Positions 23,502-36,928 of a stretch of 64,000 nucleotides of DNA are shown in pieces. The notes beneath the pieces are model-generated. The model did not search any database. It was not told where the DNA came from and saw only the letters and a program-made list of their open reading frames with translations. Made by a program: the position numbers and the translations under genes. This DNA is from Phallusia mammillata (Eukaryota): assembly GCA_965637545.1 (NCBI GenBank), contig OZ281498.1, positions 27,838,001-27,902,000 on the forward strand, in the 5' to 3' direction. Positions within the stretch are counted from its first letter, which is position 1; each line of letters opens with the position of its first letter.

Positions 23502-24166
23502 GGCACCTGCCTCGTTGTTCTATCCCATCTAAACCGAACCCTAAGCATCTTGTGCTGTTTTTTTCACTTGTTTCCCTTTTCACAAAAAGCACGTGACAAT
23601 ACTTTCTTATTTACCTCATTACGTCATGCCAAAACTTCAGTTGTCTGCCCGGGGAATACCCTGATGGTACATTTGTTTTGGTTTCGCTCAAAGAGATATA
23701 TTTATTTTAAGTGCCTGTTATTTGTGATTTTCTTTCAATCCTTTTAAAAAGTCACCTTGACTTTGTTATTTAAGTTTAATTAGGCCTAAAAATCAGCTAA
23801 AAAATACTCTGCTTATTTTTATTTCCCCAAAACGGATTAACCTGGTAATTCCCCTTGCAGCGGACCTTAGTTTCGCCAGTGGTAAAAAAATTTCAAAGTG
23901 ATCATTGCTGGCTTATTACTGTTGCGACCATACAGGTGGCTTAAAGTGTGAATTTAAAGTGATTTGATATAGGTCGACATGTTTACACTTTACTAGTGCA
24001 ATTTTAGAACGTGATCTAAGTGGAAAAATACTGTTGCAATTTTGCAGAAGGAGAGTGTGAATTTAAAGTGCTTTGATGTAGATTAATATGTTTACAGATG
24101 TAAGTTGGAATCTGATCCAAGTAGCGAAATACTGTTGTGTAGATTGTAAACATTTAAAGAAGGGAA
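23502..24166. promoter_or_regulatory. Putative bidirectional promoter between divergent start codons of C and D
   Basis: Near-identical copy of 1623-2287 with the same motifs. Confidence 0.55.
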
Positions 24167-27100
24167 ATGTCTTCTCCAGAAGAGCAAGTTGCACTGATTG
24201 ATGTAATAAAGAATGAACTGTGCAACAAAATTGCACCCCATCATTGTTTGACAATTGCTCAGTCACTAAAAATTAATGGAAAAATTTCAGAGGGTTTGTG
24301 TTTTTGTTTTGAGATTTTTTAACTTCTTTTTATGTTGTATTTTGGTTCGATTATGGCTATGTTATTAGGATTTGTTGCTATGTTTGTTACATTGAAGTTT
24401 ATGTGAATAATACATCATACAATTTGTTCTTCATCTTAAACACATATAGAATATAACTACAATATTAGGGTAAAGCATGAAAACCTTGACATTTCAATCA
24501 AATGCAAATTAGATCTGGTGAAAATGTAAAATGATAATTTAGTTGAAAACAAGTACTGGCCACAGATTTTAACAACTTTGTAAATTTGTTGCATAAGCTT
24601 TCTTTATTAACTTTTACTTTTAGAGGAGTGCAATAAAGTCATCCAGCTACCAAGAACAGATAAAACGAAAAGTATGATTGAATTCATGTTGAAAAGAAAG
24701 GCACCTGGGTTCTTTTTAACATTTTTAACTTCTCTTCAAGAAGGTAGGTTAACTTTTTGTAAATGTTTCAGAAATTCTACACTTTATTAGATTTTCATTG
24801 ATACACGTTTTTAGTTTTTCAACTTTTGTGAGACCAAGAATTTATGTTTATTTAGAGCTGAAGGTTACAAATTCCCTGCTATGCACTTGGGGCATAGTTA
24901 TTTTTTTAAGAAACTAGAAACTGCTTGGTATTGTAAATAATACATGCTTTTTGTTCAACAAAGATTTTTTCAAAACAGATCTCTTAATTTTGGTTGTTTC
25001 CTGTTTCATCTTTTTGTCTTTGTAGCTGGGCTCTCACATGTTCGGGATGAAATAGAAGGTAAATTAAAACCTCCTACTGAACTTCAGGAAACACACAAAC
25101 ATATGATGGAAATATATTTCCCAAAAGTCATCACCAAACTTAAAGCTCGTGATGTTTTAGATAATTTTCCAGACATATTAGATGAACACACAAAGTAAGT
25201 GTTGATAGCTCTGGATGTGAATATTTTGTATTTTGTTGCAAATGTGTTATTTTAGACAGATAGTTTGTAATGAAGTTGAGGGAATAAGCCAAAATGCCAT
25301 GTTTCTGCATCATGTGCTGAAAAATCCAAACTCAATTGAAGTATTGCTGCAAGCTTTAAGAAGTGGGCAATGTGGTTCATTTACTTTCCTCGTTGATTTG
25401 CTCGAAGGAAAAGGTGTTTATTTTTCAAAACAGATTTACTTTTTGTAAGAACCATTAAAATGGGAAAATTTGTATTTGCAGAAAAGTTTAGTGAATCTGA
25501 CAGTGAAGTAAACATGAAAGTTTTGGAAAAAATCTGCACACATTCAAAGAGGATTTTGGTGAAATTGGACCCGTTGCATTTACGCAACCACTTAACATTG
25601 GAGAAACCTCACTGGTAGTTTTATTTGTTAATTGTAGGTAGGAGAATATTAATGATGTAATTGCAAATTATTTTTTTGGCAGGGATGCAATTAAGCGGGA
25701 AGAAACTCGACGTAAAAGAGCAATTATGTTTCTCAACATTCTTGCCAACAGCGAGACACCTTGGTTTAAACGACTGTTACTTGCTTTAACTGCTTGTAAA
25801 GAACGTGATTATAGTGAATTGTGTTCAAAATTGGAAGAAGAATCAGGTAAAAATGAATTAACAGGATAAAATTGATACCATTGAAAAGCAACTTTTTAAT
25901 GAATTTGTAATTTTTTTGCTAGAAGATGTTGGAAGTGAAGCAACACACAGTGGTGACGTAAGTTTTGTAAAGTGTCAAAATTTCTTTTATAATTGAAAGT
26001 TTTGTAGCATAATTATGTTGACCACTAAACTTTTGTTGTGGTTTTGATATTCCTTGTTTAAATCAGCAATTTTGATTTAGGTTGCTATGGAAACAGACGT
26101 GTGGGAGGTAAAATTTTTGTTTTGTGTTTTGATTTGCTTGAAGCTTATTGGTTAAGTTTAGGTTGCTATGGAGACGGATGAAACAGTTGTAAGAGGAGAG
26201 GGGAACACTGACGTCAATGAAATCCCGTTTGTTAATGTTGCAGACAGAGGTGATCATTCATATGGCTGTATATGATGGTTTATGTGGCTGAATTCACTTT
26301 TGCTTATTAAGTATATAGTGTCATTGTTATGTATTTTCGACCAACAGTTGCACAAATTCTTCTGGTAAAGAACTTCTGTATGTTTCGCAAACCCTTTTCA
26401 AGATTTTTCTTCTTAAAGTTTTAACTTTGCAGCAAAAACAAAAAAAGTAGCAAAAAATATTTGTTTGCGGCTTTAAAGTAAGTTTATTTGGTATGAGCTT
26501 GAATTAAAGTTTTAGCAATGTCATGCACATCCACATTTTGTCACCAAGCTACCGTATGGGGTAGCAACTGCGCTTTATAAAAACAAATAGTGAGCACACT
26601 GTTGTAATACTTAATTGTAATACGAAAGTGGCAAAATATATTTATTTGAACTTTAATGTACTCGGTAACAAACAAGATTAAATCCAAGTTCTAATGTTGC
26701 TATGCACACCCGTATTTTCGTCAGGCTAATATTTTATCTACACATTGATGTGTTTTCACTATTGTAATGGCTAACGTTCACACCATTGTTTTGTGTTTGG
26801 TTTGCACCATCAGAGTAAGGCAGGCGATCATAAATTTTAAGTATTTTTTTTCCTTTCAGTGGATCCTGTTGGTGAAGAGAACCCTCAGTTTGAAGGAAGT
26901 TTTCTGAATAATTTTGATAATCCACCAAATCCACCAGTGGCTCCGACACAGCAGAATCAAAGAGGTGGTTATGTCATGTAAAAACATCAAGCCAATAAAT
27001 GATAAGTAAGCTTCAGAGAGTGCACACTGTTTCTACCTACAAGGTCTCATCACTGTAGCTGGTCATACGACTTTGTGACATCAAACAGATTTGGTGAGGC

Positions 27101-30100
27101 ATGGCTTTTAAGCCTGTTACTCCCAACAAACTGGAGTGCTGTTATATGGCTGCACCAGCCAATACAGCCTATGCCTTGTCACCAGATGCACTGATGAGTC
27201 CTTATAGGTTGAAACAGGGTGCACTGTCTACAGCTTAGTTATGTTATGTAGTTTGGAAACACAGAGCAACTAAAACAAAAAGGTCGTAACAATATGCACA
27301 TCAAATATAAAACATAGAAATGTTGAAATAATATTTAAATGAAATAATATCACCACTGTTGTGTTCATGTGCAAAATACACTAGAGGTAATGCTTTACAT
27401 GTTTTCACAATCACAGCACAATTTTTATGTGAAGCTCACAATTTCATTTATTAAATTGCACCAAACATAGTTTAACTTTGTCACTCACACTTTTGTTTTG
27501 TGCGTAGCTGATCCTGGAAACAACATAAGAGATAATGTGGAGAAGTTGGAGCTGCGAGATTATCAACTTGAACTTGCAGCTCCTGCTCTTGCTGGAGAAA
27601 ACAGCATGATTGTCGCGCCAACAGGTTTCCTATTGTTTTTCAGTGATAAAAACATTACATAGCCTTGAACTTTATTTAGTCTATTTGCATGAAATATTAT
27701 TCAAATTAAAACTAAAGTCAAATCACTGGCATAACATAAACAAAAAGTTTTTGATATGAAACAAGCAAGCTGTGTAGAACATGGCGTTTAGAAAGCAATA
27801 AAGTTTTTCATACATTGACAAAATGACCAACACACGTTTTTCACATTAAATTTTAACAAAATTACTTGAAATAATAAATTGAACCAAAACTGTCATTGAA
27901 TAAACATGAAATTTTTGACAAGACACAAGCAAGATAATATATTTGTATAAAAACATGACCTTTAGAAAGCAACTTTTGGCTGCAGTAAAGGTTTGATACA
28001 TTGACAAAGTAACCAAACCATGTTTTTTATAGGAAGTGGCAAAACTTATGTGGCATTGAAAATATGTGCGGAGCATATAAAGTTGGGCGAAGACAAAAAA
28101 GCAATTTTTCTTGTTCCACGAGTTCCACTTGTTCGTCAGCAACATCAGTTGTTTAAAAGGTTTTTGTGTTTTTTCTTCTAAAAACCAAACCAAAAAGCTT
28201 GTATGTTGCAAGCACATTATATTTTATTTTTGAAATGTTTGATGTAATTGGTTGTCTAGTTGCCGAAAAAACTCACTTTAGAATTGGTTTTGTTAAAAAA
28301 TGCATTTTAATGGTGAAAATAACGGCCCAAATAGACATAAAAAGCGACATGTTTTATATTTCAAAAGTTTCGGCAAATGCTATTTGGGCCGTTACTTTCA
28401 TCATTAAACTTATCAACAGATCCGTTCCATATATAGTGTTCCATATGTATTTTAGTTCTGGTGATTTTAATTTATGCAGTTGTTTTGCATTTATTTATTT
28501 TTACACAGAATTTTGGGCGACGCACCTGATTTACTGTTACAAGTCACCGGTGAAACAAGCAACCGAGTTCCCGTTAACATTGCACTGAAAAGTTGCAAAA
28601 TAGCTTTCATGACTCCACAGATATTACTGAATATGCTCAGGTAAAAAACTGACATTTGAGGCCAGTGTTTATCATTTTTGCCAAACATTTTTTTTCTAAA
28701 ATAAGCTATTGCTGTCAGACATAATGTATAACCGAGTATTAATGAAGGCATCTTGAATAGGACGTCGAAACGTCGTTTTTTTCTAATAAAACTGCTGGAT
28801 GAGCAATACTTGGTTATATTTTTTGTCCTAACTTAACTATTGGAAGTAAAGGAAACTGTGAGAAGTTATTTTGAAATCATGAGAACATGAAAACTAAGTT
28901 ATGTATGTCTAGGGTTGTAAAACATTAATGTAGAAATAACTAGGGATGTGCCAAAACTGCAAATGTTCTGTTTGGTCGAGCACCGAGCATCTCACTTTAA
29001 TGCTCGGTGCTCGGCCGAGCACGCTCGGTGCTTTATGACGTCACAAAAAGTCCCCTTTCTAAGTTTTAGCTCTACAAGGTCTCTTAAGTCACCGGGGGTG
29101 TTTTATTAAGCTGTACATGCCCACCAAGTACGCGTTTTTCCTAATACATTTGAAAAATCATTCGTTTTTGTTCATAGACACCCTTTAGAACACTAGTTAC
29201 GTGTGTTAGCAGGGCATGAATATGCAAATTTAATGCTCGGGTCAGTTTGTGCAACTGCTCGGCCGAGCACCGAGCATTAAAAACAGCAACGCTCGGTACC
29301 GAGTACTCGGGTTCTGGCTCGGCTCGGCCCATCCCTAGAAATAACACAAATTGTTACAAGCAAGTCATTATGTGCCTTAGTTCCTAAACTTTAACTAATA
29401 TCATTCAAAAGATAAAACCAATTTCCTCTAATTTGTGACTTTTACTTTCCAGAGAGAAGCTTGTTTAATTAATCCATATGCTTTATTAACCTTTTATTGC
29501 CACACAGTTTTTTGTGCCGCAGTTCCTAAAGTAAAGCTAACATTGTTGAAAAGATCCAATTTCCTGTAATTTGTGACATTTTCCAGAGAAAAACTTGTGA
29601 CAATCAGTGAGTTCACTTTGCTGATTATTGATGAATGCCATCACACAGTAAAAGATGATCCTTACAACAATATCATGAAGATATATCTTGACAAACGACT
29701 CGATGCAAGCAGTGATGTTTCCCTACCACAGGTTTGATGACGGAATATGTTTACAACTTAAACATTTTGATTTGAAATTTACTGATGATTTTGCTTAATT
29801 GCAAATTCTGTTTAATTGCATGCTGAGTTTGAAACGGTAACCTGCCATTGGTTAAAAAAATTATTTTGCAAAAAAAACACAAGAAAAATAAAGTTTAAAC
29901 CCAAAATTGTGTGTAAATGTTGGTTGTTTTTGTGTAAATAAAGTAAATGGTTAAAGAATGACTTCAAGCAATTTCTCTTTTTATTGATTTTTGTGTTTGG
30001 TAAATGCACCTGGTGTTGTATTTGTTTGTAGATTGTTGGTCTGACCGCTTCACCAGGAATGGGAAAAGCAAAGAAAATGTCTCAAGCTGAAGAGAACATC

Positions 30101-33100
30101 AAAACTTTGATGGCAAATTTGGATGTTACCAAAGCTCCTACTCAAGTTAATTTGTCAACGAGGAATCTCAAAACATTTCAGAATGAAACCAGAGATCGTG
30201 AGTCAAAACGTTTTTCACTGGTTTCACAGAGACACAAAACTACTCCTTTGTTTTGCAAAGGCACTGAAATGAACTGAGCTAAATCACAAAACAATTTAGA
30301 GGGTTACAGTGATATATTGTAGTTTGTATGCAAAGGGCCAGAGGTCTTAGTTAGGTGTGGGGGACCTGTTCATAGGGGTGCAAGCCATCAGCATGGGTTC
30401 GTGACCTGGCGAAGGTTAGAAATGACTAGACCAAGTTGGGTGGCCATCATGACAATTGACTGTTATTAGTAAACGAGAAGATGTTGTATCATAGGAATCA
30501 CATAAAAACCTGGTTTTGTGAGCAGGGCAATTATTATACGCACTACAAATCTTAAAATATAGGCATAATTTTTTAAATATTTTTTTAACTGGTAGCCCTC
30601 GAGCTATTTGGTGATATTAAGGTAGCCCTGGGCATCAAAAGGGTTGGTGACCCCTGGACTAGATCATAGTGATTGCAATAACACAATCTTGGAAAAGCGT
30701 TAAACTCAGTGGTGGGATCCAGCCAGTTCGCACTGGTTCTATAGAACCGCCTCATGAAATTTTATGAGATCAGCGAACCGGTGAGCATTACTGGTTACTG
30801 TCAATGGACTTTTTGTGACAGAACCGGCTGAAAAATATGACTATTGTGATAGAACCGGCTGACAAAAAATTTGAATCCCACCAAAAGATAGCCAGAGCAT
30901 TTATTAAACAGAGCACGTCACTTTTGTTTTCGTGGATCAGTTTGTTTGTGACAAGAATGATTTTTACTTGCTTAGAAACGATTTCCATACTTCGGGCACC
31001 AGATGATGATTTCAGACAAAGCATTTCAAAATCCATGGATGAAATTGAAACTCTGCTGGAGAAGGAAATAAATTTGCACCAAAATGGTTTGAACTGTTTA
31101 CAACTGATTTGGTTTTTGTGGATAACTGCACAAATTATTGGCCGATTAACAAAACAAACCACTTCAAGAGTTACAATTCTCTAAAGTTTTTTTAATTTTT
31201 TTAATTTGTTGTTATTATGAAACTGTTAAGCTGTTATACCACCAACTTTAGCATGTTAAAATCAAGTTTCAAATTGTTTGTTTAATTTGAGTTTAACATT
31301 TAGGAAGTTAAAAACAACTAACAAAACAACTTTGTTAACAAAACAGACCACTTCAAAAGCTCCAATTTTCTGAATTGTTTTCTTTTAAAAATTTGTTGTT
31401 GTTATGAAAACGTTAGGCTGTTATACAGTGAAATTTGGCATTTGTTATAATTCAAGTTTCTACTGATGTGTGTGATTTAAGTTTGACAATTAGGAAGGTG
31501 ATAATATAACTCACACAACATCTTTGTTTCAGACTTGGGGGGTGAAATTAAATTCAACCTTCACGCTCGAAAAGGCAGCCAAGATTACGAAGCTTGGGTG
31601 ATCACGTTGAGAAATAGGAGCAAGACTTTAGCGAACGATGATTTGAGCCACAAGTTGATGATGTTTGCGGAACACTTATTGGTGAGAGTTGAATAAATGA
31701 TTGTATTTGGGGGGAATAGATTGATCAACTACTTAGTTAAACAATAGATAAAATTTGGAACAATTTAGATGGATTTAAAAGCTATTGCTGTCAGGCATAA
31801 TATCAAGTTTGTAGAGCCAGAAGAGCTCTAAAAACTTGGTAGACGGATCTGTTCGTAAATATAGATAATGATGAATATAACGGTCAAAATAGAAGTAAAA
31901 AACGTTTGGCAAACGCGCATGCCATCATTACATAAATAAACTTGCTATAAAAGTAGCGCAAAATTGTCTTACTTATAAACTGACATATCTTAAACATTTT
32001 TATTCTACTCAGGCATACAACACAGCACTAGTACTGAACGATCATGTCAGAAGCTCAGATGCTGAAGACCAACTTTTCGAACTGATGGAAAAATATAAAT
32101 CGGAAAATCCCGTTGTTCTTCGTTTGAGGCAAATTTATGAAACTAACAGTGAGTCGTATTTTTCCTATTACTTTTACGCCACGTGGATCCTTGAAATGTA
32201 GAAAACTCGTTTTAATATTAATTATTCCATATGCTTTCAACCTTGTATGTTGAGTTTTTCATCAGCATTCAGTTATTTATTCTGTACATTGTGCATAACA
32301 CTAACCCACTTTCTTGTGTGCCCCTGTCACATAACGCTTTACAATAAGATGTAGCTGCAGCGCGTTCAGTCATGATCCACCAATTGTGCCCTTCACTGTT
32401 TTGCACTTCATAACGTTTCAACGTTGTACAGCTATTTCCGGCTTGATTTTTTGTTTAGTGCAATTGTGTCGCTATGAGTTCTTTCACCAATCGAAATAAA
32501 CTCAGCTGTATCAACACAGACCAACAAATACTGCCACCAGTAGAGTATCTAACGCAACTGTGCGTATCTAAACTAAATTCTCAATTCAACTCGCTTTTCA
32601 CTTGGAAAAAATTCACGAAACTTATTATTTTTTTGCAGAGGTTGAACCGTTGAAACAAGTGAATGATCTTTTGCTGAAACTGCACAAAGTTTTATTGGAT
32701 GAATTCAGTCGGCAAAACGATTCCCGTTGTATTATATTTGTGAGAACGCGCAGCATCGCTGGTGGAGTGATCACTTACATGGAAGAAGAACAGGATCTGA
32801 TGAAGTTTGGTTTGAATCCGAAATTGCTCACTGGCGCCGGAGTCAGCGGAGATAAAGGAGGTACAAATTTAAACCAGTGTTTCCAAACTTTTTCCATTCC
32901 GGAACACTACATACGGATTTGTTCATAAGTTCATTGGTAAAAATAACGGCCCAAATAGACGAGCGACATGCTGTATTATTGAAAGGTTTCGGTAAATGCT
33001 TATGCCAGTGTTTCTTAACCTTTTTACTGCTCGCACCCTTTGAGCGTTTATAAAATTTTCTCGTACCCCCTGTCTACAATGGCCCACGGAAGTAAGCATA

Positions 33101-35703
33101 ATGGTAATAATAGGAATTAAACTCTTATAACTTACGTGTTGAATGCATACATTAAAATAGTCTTGTAAGTTAAACAATGTTTACAGCACACCAATCAAAG
33201 ACATATAACAAAGTACTTTGTTTCTTCACAAATATGCCTAAATAGCGTATATTTTCACACTGCATGTCGTACCCCCTGCTTGGGTGCTTCGTACCCCCAA
33301 GAGGTACACGTACCCCTGGTTAAGAGCCCCTGGCTTATGCCAACATTAGTGATATGAAGGCCACATCAGTTACACCCGTTTATATACATTTGAGTCATGT
33401 GGAATAAAGATCAAATTTCTATTCCGTGATAATTTCAACACGAATAATATGCGGCAAATCAAGTTTCAATTTCTCATAGTGTGACCTCTTGGTTGGTGAA
33501 GATTTAAAGCTGGGATATTGTGGGAGGCCCGTTGCTGCTGCTGTTAAATGTTTGTTTTTTGCATAAACTTTCCACATGAATGAAAGATTAATGTGAAATA
33601 TTTTGAAGGAATGACGAAACGTGAACAGGAAAGTACGTTGGGGGCATTTCGTCAGGGAAAGTGTAAAGTTATAGTTGCAACGTCCGTGGCTGAGGAAGGT
33701 CTGGATATTCAGGCATGTAACCTAATCATCACTTATAACTATTCAACCAACGAAGTGGGACATGTACAGCGTAAAGGTGGGTTACATGACAAGTTATTAG
33801 GGATGCATGCTGCACATGTTATTGTGTGCCTTATTTTAAAAAACATAAAATGAAACTAAAATTTTAATGGCATATTCTGTTTAATTGTACACTAAATTTT
33901 TAAACTGGTTTATTATTCGTTGAGGAGATACATCCGGTTTACTGCTAATTTACGAATACATTTGTAATACTTTTGTAACATTTTTCTAATTTAGTTACCA
34001 CTTGACAAACGTCTTGTAAAATACATGGATCAAATTTTAGTAATAAATATTAATCAAATTGCAACTTTTAAAACTAAATGTATGTTGTCCACTAAAGGTC
34101 GCGGCAGAGCAGCTAACAGTCAGATTGTGACGTTGGCTTATGACGACAGTGGTCACGTGCAAAAAGAGCGGGAAAATAAGATTCGGGTTGAACTCACAGA
34201 GGAAATGCTGGGCACGATCAGGGGAATCCCCCCGAAAACCTTGAAGGATCAGGTGGGAGGGAAAAACGTTTTGTTTATTTTTTGTTGGGTTAACGCACTC
34301 AAAAGTATCATCAAACCTATCCTTTAGTTTTTATTGATTATTCAGGTGATTTTTATTGTAAAGTGACCGACGTTTCGACGTTTTGTACGAAACGCCTTCA
34401 TCAGGAATGGCACATTGTAAAACACTACGATCTTAAGCTACTTATTTTATCGACTTGGTTCGGAACGGAGTCTTCCAAAGACATGAACAAACATTGCATT
34501 CTGTAAATCATATTTTTGTAAAACTTGTACCTACTGAACCTACCTAACAAGAACATAATTGCATTACCACCCTAAATATCAAAAAAATTCAGTTTGAAAA
34601 CCACTAAATCTCTCGCTGTGTTTTAATTGTTTTACGAAAATTTCGCTTTTCGAATTTTTTTTATAGTTTGAAGAAAATATAAAAAGCGGAAAAAACCCTA
34701 AGTATCTTCATGTTCCAAAGTCGTCTGTCATTTATTTCCTATATGCCTGTTGTAAGGCTCGTTGTATATAACAGACCTGTTTTCAGATTCTCGAACATCT
34801 TCACGAACGAAAGTCGTGATACTTTTCATAAAGAATCTGAATGCATGTAACAAACCTGAATGTTTCAGATCCGCGAGATTCAGATCAAAGCGAAGAAGGA
34901 GCGCGACCTCGAGCGGAAAATCAAAGCTCGTTTGAAACCGAGAAAGAAAACCGACGAGGTTTTCAACCTCCAGTGTTTATGGTGTAAACAACATGCCACA
35001 ACCACTCAACACCTGCGCCACATCAACAAACAGGTGCGTTGTGACGTCATACATGAGTTGTGACGTCATAGATCAGTTGTGACGTCATAGGTGTAGTGTG
35101 ACATTATAGCTGAGTTGTGACGTCATAGGTGAGTTGTGACGTCATAGGTGGGTTGTGACGTCATGCTTGTACTTGTAGCATCGCGTTATTGTGGATCCTG
35201 GATTCGTGCAGCGTGCTGTTTTCAAAACCGAGAAAGATCCGCAGAAGTGGAAGAAACTGGCGGACGATCATTTTGTGACCGGGAAAATGTTTTGCGCGAA
35301 TCAGTGCTGCAGGTGGGTGTGATTTCTGTAAAGCGGGGATTGAAGGTCCTTGTAAACATGCAACATGCCGAACTGTGCAACAGTGCGACTGTGTAGCAAA
35401 CTGCCAACTAAATATTGCACAAGCATTTCTACTCACAAGGTTGTTGGTTCCAATCCCGACTCGACCACTTGTTTTTTGTTTCGCAGAAACCACTTGGGAT
35501 ATCGAATGAAACATAAACATCTTACACTGTCCGTTCCCAAGGTAACCTGTTTCCTTTTCACCGACCAATCAGGAAGCAGGGAGACGTTCGAGAAATGGAG
35601 TCAGGTCACTTTCAAGGTCAACGAGTTGAACGAGCAGGATTTGGCCGAACTTCTGCCGTTGGGAAATCTCGACAATGAGATAGAAGATGTTGATTACGAC
35701 TGA
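24167..35703 (+). CDS. DDX58-like: RLR gene D: 3xCARD - linker - DExH helicase - Zn-binding CTD
   Basis: ATG 24167 ([13 protein letters not shown]). Motifs [31 protein letters not shown] (exon from 29587), [40 protein letters not shown]...CANQCC and EKWSQVTF; stop at 35703. Confidence 0.94.
28941..29337. mobile_element. hAT-type MITE with TAGGGATG termini, inserted in a gene D intron
   Basis: TAGGGATG...CATCCCTA; perfect 8-bp TSD GAAATAAC; repeated GCTCGG/CCGAGC subterminal motifs; empty site in the paralogous B intron (~7030). Confidence 0.9.
30707..30882 (+). mobile_element. hAT-type MITE, CAGTGGTGGGATTC family, 3' end clipped
   Basis: 5' TIR and body match the family; ends GAATCCCACC with no TSD. 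Confidence 0.75.
33006..33332. mobile_element. hAT-type MITE nested in another MITE
   Basis: CAGTGTTTCTTAACC...GGTTAAGAGCCCCTG; perfect TSD GCTTATGC; interrupts a copy of the 50966-51157 family. Confidence 0.85.
34345..34410 (-). ncRNA. Minimal hammerhead ribozyme variant, antisense in a gene D intron
   Basis: Minus strand: CTGATGA A GGCGTTT CGTACA AAACGTC GAAA CG TC GG...AATAAAA; stem II sequence differs from the other copies but still pairs. Confidence 0.6.
35040..35165. repeat. Intronic 19-bp tandem array, 7 units, 6 with a perfect TGACGTCA
   Basis: TGACGTCA at 35042, 35061, 35080, 35118, 35137, 35156; degenerate unit at 35099. Confidence 0.9.
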
Positions 35704-36928
35704 CATCTAGTGGTTTCGCACAGAAATACAGATGTATATTGTTTCTGTGTTAAATCCCAGAGAAATCTGTGGTGTCCGGAAACCCACAAAGATTGCCAAC
35801 AAAACTAATATCCTACGGTTGGAATATTTCCAGCCAGTAATTTTTAAATTTATTTTCTTTTTAACTCTATAACCCGCTTTTTAACTGGCAAAGCGTAATT
35901 TTTTTTACCATAAATTTTAGTTTTTTTGCGACATATTTTGCCATTTTGCCTTTGGTTTTGTGCATTTGTAGTTTTGTTTTGAGAATTAGAATTAGTTTGC
36001 CTATTTTTTAAAGCATGAATTTAGTAGATTTATTGTTTCTGATGTTGTTTTCACGCTTTCCTGATAAATTCTTCAAAAAGTTCAGTATTTTATGAGTTGT
36101 GCCACTGAAACCTGGTTCTTCTTACTAAACACGTTTCTGTTGGCGAATTTTTGTTGTATTGTTCGTGAATATTTTGAATGTTATAATACTACATAACAGC
36201 CGCATCGTAATATCAATTGATAACAAAAAAAGCCGCCTATTCCAATTGTCATGTTTCATCAAATTCTGAAACAATTCATGCGGTATTTGGTTCTATTACG
36301 TTGTGAGCGACTTTGCTTGCATTAATCAGTTCACTTGCATTACTCGCTGGGCCATGAGTATTAAACGCAATAATGACTTTGAAAACGTATTTTTCAGTCA
36401 CACAATGTTTTGCGACCCTCGACCAAGATAACGAATTATTCCACGCGACGTTGCGTTGTGGCTTGTGACGTCACAAGCCCCTCTGTTTCGCAGCGAGGTC
36501 TGGTTAATTTCGAAACCTGCCATTCGCCGCCTTCGTGTTGAGGTTGGCGAAGTTACCAGTTTCATCGGTGGTATTTACTCCCTGGTGGACGGGAAGGCGT
36601 GAGTTGCTGTGCAAACTTATGTTCTTAGTTTTTGATGCGAAACTGAAACTGGCGGTTAGAGTTTGTGTAATGTTTCGTAGTTAACAACGTGCGTGGACTG
36701 GCCCAGTAAATATGTTGTCAGGAAATGCTTCATATTTAACAAGTTGAACTGAAACGACACTTTCTACTGCGCTTAATTGTGAGGCGAGCTCATAGCGCTG
36801 TTTTTGTTAGTGAGGTTTTTTTTTACTTTTGTTTGGATTTTGAAAGATTAAATTTCTTTTAATTTCCTTTCTACGGTTTCCGGTTGAGTGATTTAGCAGC
36901 GGGGAGTTTTACAATTGTCGACGTAACA

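Larger units (their letters stand above)
21880..29637 (+). repeat. Direct segmental duplication, copy 2 (matches 1-7243)
   Basis: Contains the 5' ends of C and D and their shared intergenic region; carries a 397-bp hAT MITE (28941-29337) absent from copy 1. Confidence 0.95.

Noticed and set aside
21880-29637. Duplication as merely an uncollapsed allelic haplotype
   Set aside because: Sequences downstream of the two copies are different paralogous genes, and the copies show two divergence strata and distinct TE insertions. A local mis-join still needs long-read confirmation.
49-35703. ORF-track entries as stand-alone small genes
   Set aside because: The informative ones are exon fragments with intron read-through; their listed starts are mostly not real initiation codons.
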